From contig CAMDMZ010000039.1 in the NCBI GenBank assembly GCA_945902805.1, positions 308-32,307 of the forward strand: a DNA stretch of 32,000 nucleotides, written 5' to 3'. The translations under genes and the position numbers were made by a program. The stretch is from Propionivibrio dicarboxylicus (GTDB taxonomy: Bacteria; Pseudomonadota; Gammaproteobacteria; Burkholderiales; Rhodocyclaceae). Positions 8,505-17,354 of this stretch are shown piece after piece; the stretch's first letter is position 1; each line of letters begins with the position of its first letter. The notes under the pieces were generated by a model. The model did not search any database. It was given only the letters and a program-made list of their open reading frames with translations, and was not told the origin of the DNA.

Positions 8505-8660
8505 AGCGACAAGATTACCCTAAACGGGGATTTTTTCCAACAAAAACAACTTGTCGGTGAAGCCTTGCCTGAGTCTTGCCACCACCCAGAAAATAAGTCG
8601 GCGCTGGCGAGACGGCGCCGGAATTCAGTCGGAATTCAACCCTGAGCGCCCATCACAATG

Positions 8661-8688
8661 TTGTTATGCTGGCATAGAATCAGATAAT
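8661..8688 (+). promoter_or_regulatory. candidate sigma70 promoter for the GGDEF-EAL gene
   Basis: TTGTTA (8661-8666), a 16-nt spacer, then GATAAT (8683-8688), about 68 nt upstream of the ATG at 8756. Confidence 0.35.
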
Positions 8689-8755
8689 CCGAACTGAACC
8701 TGCTTAAAGCGCCAAAACCCACGCCGGGAAGCCATTCTGCCGGTGCCAATTTTCG

Positions 8756-11320
8756 ATGAAGCTAACGACAAAAATCTGGCTGTGGCTTTCGCTCCTGATG
8801 GGGGTAATCCTCGTTGTCGATCTGGGTATCGGCTACCGCAAGTTGCAGGCTGAACTACGTGCCGAAACCGAGTTTGACGCGCGCACGATTTATGGCTTCA
8901 TGATGGCCACGCGGCGGGTTTATCAACAACAATTCATCGACAGCGGTTTGCCCGTGAATGACCACACTGTGGGTTTTCTGCCCGCCCATTCGTTCTCGCG
9001 TATCGCCAAGGATTTCGCCAACTGGAACGAAAGCGGCATTCTCTTCAACAATGTATCAGACCGCCCGCGTAACCCCGGCAATCAGGCCGACCGTGACGAG
9101 CTCACGGCCATGGAATGGTTTCGGAGCAACCCGAAAGCCAAAGAGCGCATGGATGACGTGACATCGGCAAACGGCAACCGTTACCTGCTCTACTCGGCAC
9201 CAATCTGGATCGAATCCTTCTGCCTCAAATGTCACGGAGGCGAGGCCGACGCGCCCCAGAGCATTCGCGACCACTACGACGCCGCCTACGACTATAAGGT
9301 CGGCGATCTGCGCGGACTGGTCAGCATCAAGATCCCGACGAACAAATTTGAGACGCGCTTTTACGATATTTGGGGCACCCAGGCGGCCAAGAGTTTGATC
9401 GGCTACCTGCTCCTGTTTATAGCCATCGGCTATCTGATGCAGCGCCTCGTAATGCGGCGCCTGTGGCGTTTGCAGGCGGGTGCGGACCGGATTGCGGCGG
9501 GTGACTATGAAGTGCGGATGCGGCCGCGCGGGCACGACGAAATCTGCCAGTTGGCCAATGCCTTCAATCACATGGCCGAAGAAGTCCAGGCCCGCGAACA
9601 AACCTTGTCCAAGCTCTCGCTGGCGGTCGAACAAAGCCCGGCCAGCGTGATCATCACCAATCTGGCGGGTGACATCGAGTATGTCAATCAGGCCTTTGTC
9701 CGCAACACCGGCTACACCGCGAAAGAAGTCGCCGGGCGCAATCCACGCCTCCTGCAATCGAACAAGACTCCCCGAGCGACGTTTGTCTCGTTGTGGGAGA
9801 CCCTGCTCGCCGGCAATATCTGGCACGGCGAATTGACCAATCGTCGCCTGGATGGCAGCGAATTCATCGAACACGCGACGATCTCTCCGGTGCGCGCCGC
9901 TGACGGGTCAGTGACGCATTACCTCGCCATCAAACAGGACATCACCGACCAAAAGTTGGCGGCCGCCGAGATTCATCGCCTGGCGTATTACGACGCCCTG
10001 ACCAATCTGCCCAACCGCAGCCTGTTGCAAGATCGCCTTGCTCTGGCGTTGGCGGGGGCAACGCGCCAGCAAAATATCGACACCCTGATCCTGATCAATC
10101 TGGATCGTTTCAAGGTCATCAACGATGCCCACGGCCATGCCCTCGGCGACCTGCTGTTGATTGCCGTTGGTGGTCGGCTGGCGGCACTGTTGCGCGAAGG
10201 CGATACCCTGGCGCGCCTGGCAGCCGACGAATTTGCCATCCTGCTGCACAACGTGGGCAATACACCGGACGTCGCCGGGCGGCGCGTCCTGGTCGTCACC
10301 GAAAAAATTCATCAGTCGATGCGCCTGCCCTTCCGCTTTGAAAACGGCGAGGAATCGGCGCTCAGCGTCAGCATCGGCGTCACCCTGTATCCCGACAGCG
10401 AAAACGATACGCCGCAGGAAGTGCTACGGCGTGCTGACAACGCCTTGCATAAGGCCAAAGCGGCCGGCGCCAATCAAACCTCATTTTTCGAGGAGACCAT
10501 GGCCGTCGCTGCCCGTCAGCGCTTCTCAATCGAGCGTGAGTTGCGGCGCGGCATTCCGAATCGCGAGTTGCGGATCTACCTGCAACCCCAATTCGCGATT
10601 AGCGGACGTGTCGTCGGCGCCGAAGCCTTGGTGCGCTGGCAACATCCTGAACGGGGCCTGCTACCGCCCGGCGCCTTCATCGGCATCGCCGAGGAATCCG
10701 ATCTGATCGTCGACCTGGGCGCCTGGATGCTGTCTGAAGCCTGCCAGCTCATCGCGCGTGAAACCGTCGCTGGCTACCCGCTGCACCTCTCGGTCAACCT
10801 GTCGCCACGCCAGTTCCGTCAGGCCAGCTTTGTGCCCTGGGTTCGTGATCTGCTCGCCGCGACCGGTGCTGACCCAACACTGCTGACACTGGAAGTGACC
10901 GAGGGTCTGGTGATCGACGATATCGATGCCGTCGTCGCCAAGATGCACGAATTGACAGCACTCGGCATCCATTTTTCAGTGGATGACTTCGGCACTGGAT
11001 ATTCCTCGCTCGGCTATCTGAAGCGCATGCCAATCCACGAACTCAAGATCGACAAGAGCTTTGTCCAGGATGCGCCCACCGATCCGAACGATGCCGCACT
11101 GGTGGAAACCATCCTCTCCGTAGCGCGCCACATGCGCCTGAACGTGGTCGCCGAAGGCGTCGAAACCGCCGCTCAGGCCGTCTTCATCAACCAGCGCACC
11201 GACGGTCTGAATATCGCACACCAAGGCTATTACTTCGGTATGCCAAAACCGGCTGCGGAATGGATTGCGACTTGGCGAGGAGCCACGTCATCGGTCGCAA
11301 ACAACGGGCCGACAGAGTAA
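8756..11320 (+). CDS. membrane-anchored sensor: DUF3365-type c-haem domain, HAMP, PAS, degenerate GGDEF (AADEF), EAL phosphodiesterase
   Basis: N-terminal TM. CLKCH haem-c motif (9221-9235). A second TM plus HAMP-like segment. PAS (..VIITNLAGDIEYVNQAF..). GGDEF domain with REGD I-site (10193-10204) and AADEF in place of GGDEF (10220-10234). EAL domain motifs are intact (EALVRW, DDFGTGYSSL, ELKIDKSF, EGVET). Confidence 0.85.
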   Translation: MKLTTKIWLWLSLLMGVILVVDLGIGYRKLQAELRAETEFDARTIYGFMMATRRVYQQQFIDSGLPVNDHTVGFLPAHSFSRIAKDFANWNESGILFNNVSDRPRNPGNQADRDELTAMEWFRSNPKAKERMDDVTSANGNRYLLYSAPIWIESFCLKCHGGEADAPQSIRDHYDAAYDYKVGDLRGLVSIKIPTNKFETRFYDIWGTQAAKSLIGYLLLFIAIGYLMQRLVMRRLWRLQAGADRIAAGDYEVRMRPRGHDEICQLANAFNHMAEEVQAREQTLSKLSLAVEQSPASVIITNLAGDIEYVNQAFVRNTGYTAKEVAGRNPRLLQSNKTPRATFVSLWETLLAGNIWHGELTNRRLDGSEFIEHATISPVRAADGSVTHYLAIKQDITDQKLAAAEIHRLAYYDALTNLPNRSLLQDRLALALAGATRQQNIDTLILINLDRFKVINDAHGHALGDLLLIAVGGRLAALLREGDTLARLAADEFAILLHNVGNTPDVAGRRVLVVTEKIHQSMRLPFRFENGEESALSVSIGVTLYPDSENDTPQEVLRRADNALHKAKAAGANQTSFFEETMAVAARQRFSIERELRRGIPNRELRIYLQPQFAISGRVVGAEALVRWQHPERGLLPPGAFIGIAEESDLIVDLGAWMLSEACQLIARETVAGYPLHLSVNLSPRQFRQASFVPWVRDLLAATGADPTLLTLEVTEGLVIDDIDAVVAKMHELTALGIHFSVDDFGTGYSSLGYLKRMPIHELKIDKSFVQDAPTDPNDAALVETILSVARHMRLNVVAEGVETAAQAVFINQRTDGLNIAHQGYYFGMPKPAAEWIATWRGATSSVANNGPTE

Positions 11321-11383
11321 GAGAGCAAGAGTAAGCGACCAGGAAATATCGGTGTTCGCCTCGATGCAGAAGCCGATGAAACC

Positions 11384-14053
11384 TTACGCCGCCGATCGCT
11401 CGTAGAGTAGCCCACAGGCAAGTGCGGCAGCATAAGGCAGAGCTTGCACACTCAATATGGCCATCCACGCAGCGGTCGTGCTATCTCCAGGCAGGCGTTG
11501 CAGGGCCAGTACCAAGATGCACGTGAGCAAGCCCAACAGCAGCCCAGCCTCTTCGCGGATTGTGCCGAGCAAGCGACGTGTGCTACGGGACGACGTCGCC
11601 TTGGCCGAAACATCGCTGCGGCGCGTAACGTGAAATATGGCATGCCGGCGGGTGAGGCCGGCGATGACACCCCGGGCAATGCTGTGCGACAGCCCCATGC
11701 CGGCCAGCGCAGCGCCGGCAATGTCCGCCGGTGGGCAGGGAACGCGCCGCCAGTACAGCAGCGGCCCCAGTACCAGGCGGGCGAGGAAAAATACCGTGAG
11801 CGGCACCACAAATAGCCCGATCGGCAAGCCGAACAAGTGTGGCGCCACGAGGAAGCCGAACGTCCAAGCCAGTGCGGCCAGACTGAAAACCAGATGCAGC
11901 GCATCGCCGATCCAGGGCAGCCAGCCGGCAACGAAGTGGTAGCGCTGCCCCAAGCTCAACGGTGAGGGGCCGAACAGTGCGCCGGCATGCTGGCGCAGGA
12001 TTTGCATCGCGCCCTGCGCCCAACGGCGGCGTTGGCGTCGGTAGGCGCCGAAATCGGCCGGCACCAGCCCGGTGCCCAGCACACGATCGACATACACGGC
12101 GCGCAGCCCATGCTGCAAGACGCGCAGGCCCAGTTCGCTGTCTTCGCATACGCAGCCGCCATCCCAGCCGCCGACGTCGCGCATGGCGGTGGCCCGGATC
12201 AGGGTCATCGTACCGTGCTGCACGATGGCATCGCGTTCATGGCGATGGTGCATGCCGATGCGAAAGAAGCCTTCATATTCCCAGTTCATCATCCGCCGCA
12301 GCGGGTGGCCGTGCCAGTCGCGGTGAGCCTGCGGCGCCTGTACGATGCCGATGCCCGGGTCGGCGAAATAGCCGGCCAGGACGCGCAGCCATTGCGGATC
12401 GACGAGGTAGTCGGCATCGACCACGCCGATCCATTCGGCGCGCGGGTCGGTTTGTTCGAGCGCAAAATTCAGCGCCCCGGCCTTGAAGCCGGGCCAGGTC
12501 GGCAAATGGAAAAAGCGCAGGGCCGGGCCGTGCGCGGCGTGGCTTGTCGAGGCTTCGCGGGCGCGCAGCCGCTGCTGAACATGCTGCTCCACGGGCTGCC
12601 ATAGCGTCGGGTCGGTCGTATTGTTGTCGACGACGAGGATTTCGAGATCGGGCCAGTCCAGTGCCAGCAGGCTGTCGATGGTGGCGATCACCATGTCCGG
12701 CGGCTCGTTGCAGCAGGCGAGGTGGATGCTGACGCAAGGCGTTTTTTCAGGCGGTGAAAGCGGGCAGAGCGGGCTGATCGGCGCGCGGCGCTGCAGGCTG
12801 CCCTCCCAGAACAACTCCGCGAACTCGAAGGTTTGCGCGAGCAGGATCGCTGCCATGACGACCAGTGCCGGCACCAGCAGTGCCAGCATGACGACATCCA
12901 GCGGACGTAAATAGTTTTCCAGCGGCAGCGTGGCGAACAGTACCGCGAGTGAGACGACGGCCTGGGCAATGAGTGCGAACGCCAGGCGTCCGGCTAGCCG
13001 CATGCGGGCAAAGGCGAGCAGAAACGGCAGCACGGCGGCCAGTCCCAATAGGCTTGAGAGCATCGCCTTGGTATCCCAGTACGGATCGGCATGGATTGGG
13101 CCGGCGAAGTCGAATTTCGGCTGGCGAGACGCATCCAGCATGCCCCAGTGAGCGCCGACCGCGCCCTCGGTTGCCTGTTTCCAGGGCTGATCGATGGCTT
13201 CCATCAGGAAGTAGTCGAGAGGTGACGATGCTTGCCACGATGACATCCGCGCCAGAAACGAGCGCACGAAAATCGCCTGTGCGGCGGGTGTGGCCTGCGC
13301 CACGCCGATCGCGGCGCCGCCGCTGGGCCAGCCGATTTCACCGATCACGACAGGCTTGCCGGGGAAACGGGCGCGCACCTGCGCATAGCGTTGCAGCGCT
13401 TCATCCAGCGCCGCCTCCAGCGGTACGCCCTCCCAGTAAGGCAGCAGATGCAGGGTGATGAAATCGACATGTGCGGCGAGCTCCGGCTGGCGTAGCCAGA
13501 TGTGCCATGGTTCTGCCGTCGATACCGGCACGGGCAGCGTGGCGCGCAGCCGATCCAGTGTGATGTAAAGCTCGGCTGGGCTGAGCTTCTGGTGCAGCTG
13601 GGTTTCGTTGCCGGCGATCAGGCGTTCGATGTTGGGGTGGCGACGGGCAGCGTCGACCGCCGCGAGAATCTCGCGTTCGTTGTTGTCAAAACGCCGGTCG
13701 AGCCAGACTCCTAGGGTGAGGCGCAGACCGGCAGCTTGAGCCAGCCCTGGCAGTTCGGGAAACTCGGCAGCGCTGTAGGTACGCAGGCGGTCGGTACGGG
13801 TCGCCAGCAGTTGCATGTCGGCGGCGAGTTCAGCGCGGTTCGGAAAGCGCTGTGTCAGTGGACTTTCCCAGCGCTGGAAGGCGTTGTAAGCCAGCCCTTG
13901 GACGCGCGCCGGGGCGTCCGGCGCTGGCAGGGGCGGATTGAAAAACTGCCATATGGCAAGATTGAGCAGCACGACCAGTAGTGCTAGCGGCGCGGCCCGG
14001 ACAAAAATAGTGCCATCATTGCGCGCTACCGCGTCAATCACCTTCACACCCAT
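11384..14053 (-). CDS. NdvB-like bifunctional glucan synthase: N-terminal GH17 beta-1,3-glucanosyl-transferase domain fused to a family-2 glycosyltransferase with multiple TM segments
   Basis: GH17 signatures: AGNE (acid/base) and VVIGEIGWPSGG (nucleophile). GT2 signatures: VVDADYLV (DxD) and RRQRRRWAQG (QxxRW). The architecture matches what is published for P. aeruginosa and Bradyrhizobium NdvB. ATG at 14053; a GTG at 14062 is also open. Confidence 0.75.
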   Translation of the reverse strand: MGVKVIDAVARNDGTIFVRAAPLALLVVLLNLAIWQFFNPPLPAPDAPARVQGLAYNAFQRWESPLTQRFPNRAELAADMQLLATRTDRLRTYSAAEFPELPGLAQAAGLRLTLGVWLDRRFDNNEREILAAVDAARRHPNIERLIAGNETQLHQKLSPAELYITLDRLRATLPVPVSTAEPWHIWLRQPELAAHVDFITLHLLPYWEGVPLEAALDEALQRYAQVRARFPGKPVVIGEIGWPSGGAAIGVAQATPAAQAIFVRSFLARMSSWQASSPLDYFLMEAIDQPWKQATEGAVGAHWGMLDASRQPKFDFAGPIHADPYWDTKAMLSSLLGLAAVLPFLLAFARMRLAGRLAFALIAQAVVSLAVLFATLPLENYLRPLDVVMLALLVPALVVMAAILLAQTFEFAELFWEGSLQRRAPISPLCPLSPPEKTPCVSIHLACCNEPPDMVIATIDSLLALDWPDLEILVVDNNTTDPTLWQPVEQHVQQRLRAREASTSHAAHGPALRFFHLPTWPGFKAGALNFALEQTDPRAEWIGVVDADYLVDPQWLRVLAGYFADPGIGIVQAPQAHRDWHGHPLRRMMNWEYEGFFRIGMHHRHERDAIVQHGTMTLIRATAMRDVGGWDGGCVCEDSELGLRVLQHGLRAVYVDRVLGTGLVPADFGAYRRQRRRWAQGAMQILRQHAGALFGPSPLSLGQRYHFVAGWLPWIGDALHLVFSLAALAWTFGFLVAPHLFGLPIGLFVVPLTVFFLARLVLGPLLYWRRVPCPPADIAGAALAGMGLSHSIARGVIAGLTRRHAIFHVTRRSDVSAKATSSRSTRRLLGTIREEAGLLLGLLTCILVLALQRLPGDSTTAAWMAILSVQALPYAAALACGLLYERSAA

Positions 14054-14070
14054 ACTCCGCACGGCCTGCC

Positions 14071-15663
14071 ATGACCCCGATCAAAACTGCAACAGTGACG
14101 CATCGCCCGAGTGCCACGCGCCGCGCCGCCGTGTTGCTGTTGTTGGGCGCCGTGCTGGCGGTGACGCTGGCCTGGGCCTTCTGGCGCGGACAACCGGTGG
14201 CGCTGTCCGAAATCAGTGCAGACGTGCGCCTGCCCTGCGTTTCGTATGCGCCGTTCCGGCGGGCGGGCGATACACCCTTCGATCCGGCATTGCGTATTGC
14301 GCCGGCGGCAATCGAGGCCGACCTGCGCCGGCTGGCGACCGTGACCGGCTGCGTGCGCACCTATGGTCTGGATCACGGTCTCGATGCTGTGCCGGCCATC
14401 GCGCGCCAGCTGGGCCTGCGCGTTGTGCTGGGCGCCTGGATCGGGCGTGATGTTGCCGTCAACGAAATCCAGTTGCAACGTGCCTTGCAACTGGCGCGCG
14501 AATATCAGGACGTGGTGCAACTGCTGGTGGTGGGCAACGAGGTTCTGTTGCGGGGCGATCTGCCGGCTGCAGAACTGGCCGGTCTGCTGGCGCGTGCGCA
14601 TCGCGCATCGCCGGTGCCGGTGACCTACGCTGACGTCTGGGAATTCTGGCTGCGCCACGCCCCGATTCTGCGCGAGCACGTGGATGTCGTCGCGGCACAC
14701 ATCCTGCCGTATTGGGAGGACGAGCCGGTCGATATCGATCAGGCAGTCGATCATGTGTACGCCATCGCCGCTCAGATGAAAGCAGCCTTCGGCGAGATGC
14801 CGGTGTTCGTTGCCGAAACCGGCTGGCCCGCCGCCGGACGCCAGCGTGGCCCGTCCGTGCCCGGTCATCTGGAGCAGGCGCGTTTCGTGCGCGAACTGCT
14901 GGCGCGGCAGGCTATCGAGCCGTTGCCCTTCAATCTGATCGAGGGCTTCGATCAACCCTGGAAGCGCGATCTGGAAGGTGCCATGGGGGGCGCCTGGGGG
15001 TTGTTCAACGCCGCCGGGGAATTGCGGGTGCCGCTCGCCGGGCCGGTGATACCCGATCCCCACTGGTTCTGGCTTCCTGTAGCGGCCGTCCTCGGGGCGG
15101 CTGGCGCCTGGGTGGCCGGGTACTTGCGACGACGAGAGTCTGATGTTCCCCTGCTTGCCCTGACGTTGGCTGGCGCGCTGATCGGCGCGTTTGCATGGCT
15201 GCAGGCCGTGGCATTGCCTTTGTGGAGCCGCAGCGGGTGGGAGTGGGCGGTGGGGATCGTCACACTGGGCTTGTCGGTGCTGTGCAGTTTCGCTGCGGCC
15301 GGGCGCTTGACGCAGGTGCTGCGCGGTGAGACCGGGCGCGCGCACCTGCTGGCGATGATGCTTTTCGCTTTGCTGGCCGTCGTGGCGAACGAGGCGGTCG
15401 GGCTGGTGTTTGATGCGCGTTATCGACCCTTGCCCTGGCCGGGCATCGCCGCCCCGGCACTGTTGATGGTCATCCTGGCCTGGCTTGGCGACCGAATGCC
15501 CGCTGGCGCACGCGTCGAGCGATTGTTGGCTGCCGTTTGTGCCTTTTGTGCCGTGCTGGTCGCCGTCCTCGAAGGGGTGGCGAACGGGCAGGCGCTGCTG
15601 TATGCGGCCTTGCTGATGGTCTTGGCCTTGTCGACCCTGTGGCCGCCCCGGCATTCCTCGTAG
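14071..15663 (+). CDS. NdvC-like membrane-anchored GH17 family protein
   Basis: N-terminal TM anchor. GH17 signatures VVGNEVLL and VFVAETGWPAAG. C-terminal block of about 6 hydrophobic segments. Clearly paralogous to the GH17 part of the divergent neighbour. Confidence 0.7.
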   Translation: MTPIKTATVTHRPSATRRAAVLLLLGAVLAVTLAWAFWRGQPVALSEISADVRLPCVSYAPFRRAGDTPFDPALRIAPAAIEADLRRLATVTGCVRTYGLDHGLDAVPAIARQLGLRVVLGAWIGRDVAVNEIQLQRALQLAREYQDVVQLLVVGNEVLLRGDLPAAELAGLLARAHRASPVPVTYADVWEFWLRHAPILREHVDVVAAHILPYWEDEPVDIDQAVDHVYAIAAQMKAAFGEMPVFVAETGWPAAGRQRGPSVPGHLEQARFVRELLARQAIEPLPFNLIEGFDQPWKRDLEGAMGGAWGLFNAAGELRVPLAGPVIPDPHWFWLPVAAVLGAAGAWVAGYLRRRESDVPLLALTLAGALIGAFAWLQAVALPLWSRSGWEWAVGIVTLGLSVLCSFAAAGRLTQVLRGETGRAHLLAMMLFALLAVVANEAVGLVFDARYRPLPWPGIAAPALLMVILAWLGDRMPAGARVERLLAAVCAFCAVLVAVLEGVANGQALLYAALLMVLALSTLWPPRHSS

Positions 15664-15680
15664 GAATGCACGCGTGGCGC

Positions 15681-17354
15681 TCACCGGCTTTTCTCCGCCA
15701 GCATGACCGATTCCGGTTGGGCGAACGCGCGCAACATCATGGCCGTCAGGTCATGCAATCCCCCGAGGGACTGGCGCGGCGGGTTGAGGCCGGGGTAAAA
15801 ACCCTGCTCGGTAAATCCTTTCAGCAGCGCCGCATCGCGCGAAACGATGTGCACCGGCACATCCCAAGTCGAGCCTTCGCCGCTGATATTGGCCGTCGGC
15901 TGGTGATCGCCGACGAGGATGAACACGGTTTCGCGCGGTTCCGACTGGCGCAGGAAACCGCCGAGCCAACGGTAGGTGTAGGCGACCATGCGCAGATAGT
16001 CGGGAAACATGTTCAGCCAGTTAACTTGCTCCGCGCGTGCCTGCTCCAGTTCGGTCGCATCGAAGGGTTGGTCGCTCAACACCCGTTGCCAGTCCGGCTG
16101 ATACGGCGGTACCGGGCTGAAGGGAAAATGGCAGGTAATCGTCGGAAAGAAAACAAAGCGCGGCGGCTCGTCAGCGCCGCGCGGCTGTAGTTGCTCGAAG
16201 CGCGCCAACGCATATTGATCGGGAATCGACCAGTAACCCAGCGGCGGGCCGCGATAGGCGAGCGTGCGACTTTCATGGAGTTGGTCGAAGCCGTAAAAGG
16301 CGCTCTCCGGCCAGTCCCACGACAGCGCCGGGTAGACACCGAACGCACGATAGCCATGGGCGCGGAACAAGGTGGGTAGCGTCGGCCGATTTGTGGTCAA
16401 CAACAGGTCATGACGCATGGGATCGGACAAGTCGATGCCCGAAAGCAGGCTGAGGTGCGCGAGATCGGAAGCTCCCCCGTACGTGGGAGAACTGACGAAG
16501 GCGGAGATGACCTGATGCCCGCCAGCGTCCAGGTCGTCGGCAAACTGCCGGCGTGCTGTGGCCAGAGCGGCTGCCGCTTGCGGGTTGTCATAGGTAACCG
16601 CGCCATAAGATTCCATGACGATCAGGTAGACATCGCGGCCGCGCAGTGCCGCCAGTGCATTACCGGCGGGGTCTGCGAGGGCCGTCTGCAGCAAGGTGGA
16701 GGGCGGCAGTACCTCGTCCAGTCGCTGCGGGGAAAGTGCGGTGGCGAGCAGCTTGGCCTGCCGCCAGTAAGTCGGAACCACCGGTTTGGAAACTACTGGC
16801 CAGGTGGCTTTAACGCCAGCGTAGTTGGCCGTGACGAGAACTACCGCCGCTGCACTCAGCAGCCAGACCCAGCGCGTGCGTAGCGCATAGGGCACGGCCG
16901 CGCGCGCGGTTGTCGCCACTCCCCAGCGCAGCAGGCGGTAGAGCGTCCACAGGAATAGCGCAACAGCCGCGACCACACCGGTGCTGAGCCACCAGGGCTG
17001 GTCTTGTCCCGTGACCCAGAGCAGGCGCGGAAGCTGCGCGCCATCCCAATACAGATTCACTTCGCGCCCGAACAGGCTGGGGGCGGTCACGTCGAGGTAA
17101 CGTCCCAGCACCAACAGCAGGTAGCCCAGGGTGAGCAGGCTCAGGGCTCGGGGTGACAGTGTTCCGCGCCAACCGACGATGGCGAGCAGCGCCAGCCACA
17201 GCCAGACGAATTCCGGCGCGAGGCGGTGGTCCGGCACGATCCCCGGCGTTGGCCACCAGGTGCTGAAGCTCAGCATGCCGTTGAGGAACAACAGTGCCAG
17301 TACGGTCAGCGCAATGTGCCGCCAGGGCCGGGTGTTTGTCGACTGCGCTGTCAT
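15681..17354 (-). CDS. alkaline-phosphatase-superfamily (sulfatase / phosphoglycerol-transferase / LTA-synthase-like) membrane protein
   Basis: ATG at 17354 overlaps the upstream stop (ATGA). About 5 N-terminal TM segments followed by an exported domain with VYLIVMESYG and VGDHQP motifs typical of the sulfatase/OpgB/LtaS fold. Confidence 0.6.
   Translation of the reverse strand: MTAQSTNTRPWRHIALTVLALLFLNGMLSFSTWWPTPGIVPDHRLAPEFVWLWLALLAIVGWRGTLSPRALSLLTLGYLLLVLGRYLDVTAPSLFGREVNLYWDGAQLPRLLWVTGQDQPWWLSTGVVAAVALFLWTLYRLLRWGVATTARAAVPYALRTRWVWLLSAAAVVLVTANYAGVKATWPVVSKPVVPTYWRQAKLLATALSPQRLDEVLPPSTLLQTALADPAGNALAALRGRDVYLIVMESYGAVTYDNPQAAAALATARRQFADDLDAGGHQVISAFVSSPTYGGASDLAHLSLLSGIDLSDPMRHDLLLTTNRPTLPTLFRAHGYRAFGVYPALSWDWPESAFYGFDQLHESRTLAYRGPPLGYWSIPDQYALARFEQLQPRGADEPPRFVFFPTITCHFPFSPVPPYQPDWQRVLSDQPFDATELEQARAEQVNWLNMFPDYLRMVAYTYRWLGGFLRQSEPRETVFILVGDHQPTANISGEGSTWDVPVHIVSRDAALLKGFTEQGFYPGLNPPRQSLGGLHDLTAMMLRAFAQPESVMLAEKSR

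Noticed and set aside
8515-8536. Possible MqsA operator TTACCC-TAAAC-GGGGAT upstream of mqsR
   Set aside because: Only a partial palindrome (4 of 6 in the second half-site) and not the ACCT-Nx-AGGT form known from E. coli. I kept only the flanking 7-bp inverted repeat as an observation.
11444-13458. Numerous 60-205-aa ORFs on both strands within the NdvB-like gene
   Set aside because: All are Arg/Pro/Ala-rich GC artefacts. The 889-aa frame carries the GH17 and GT2 signatures.
15669-15676. 8-bp perfect palindrome CACGCGTG in the 17-nt gap between convergent genes
   Set aside because: It is too short and loop-less to form a hairpin. An 8-mer palindrome in GC-rich DNA is unremarkable.
14044-15684. 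546-aa minus-strand ORF, the longest unexplained ORF in the window, exactly antisense to the NdvC-like gene
   Set aside because: The translation is low-complexity and rich in Arg/Gly/Gln/His/Pro, with no recognisable motif. The opposite strand carries clear GH17 catalytic blocks and TM segments. Long stop-free antisense frames are expected at about 68% GC.
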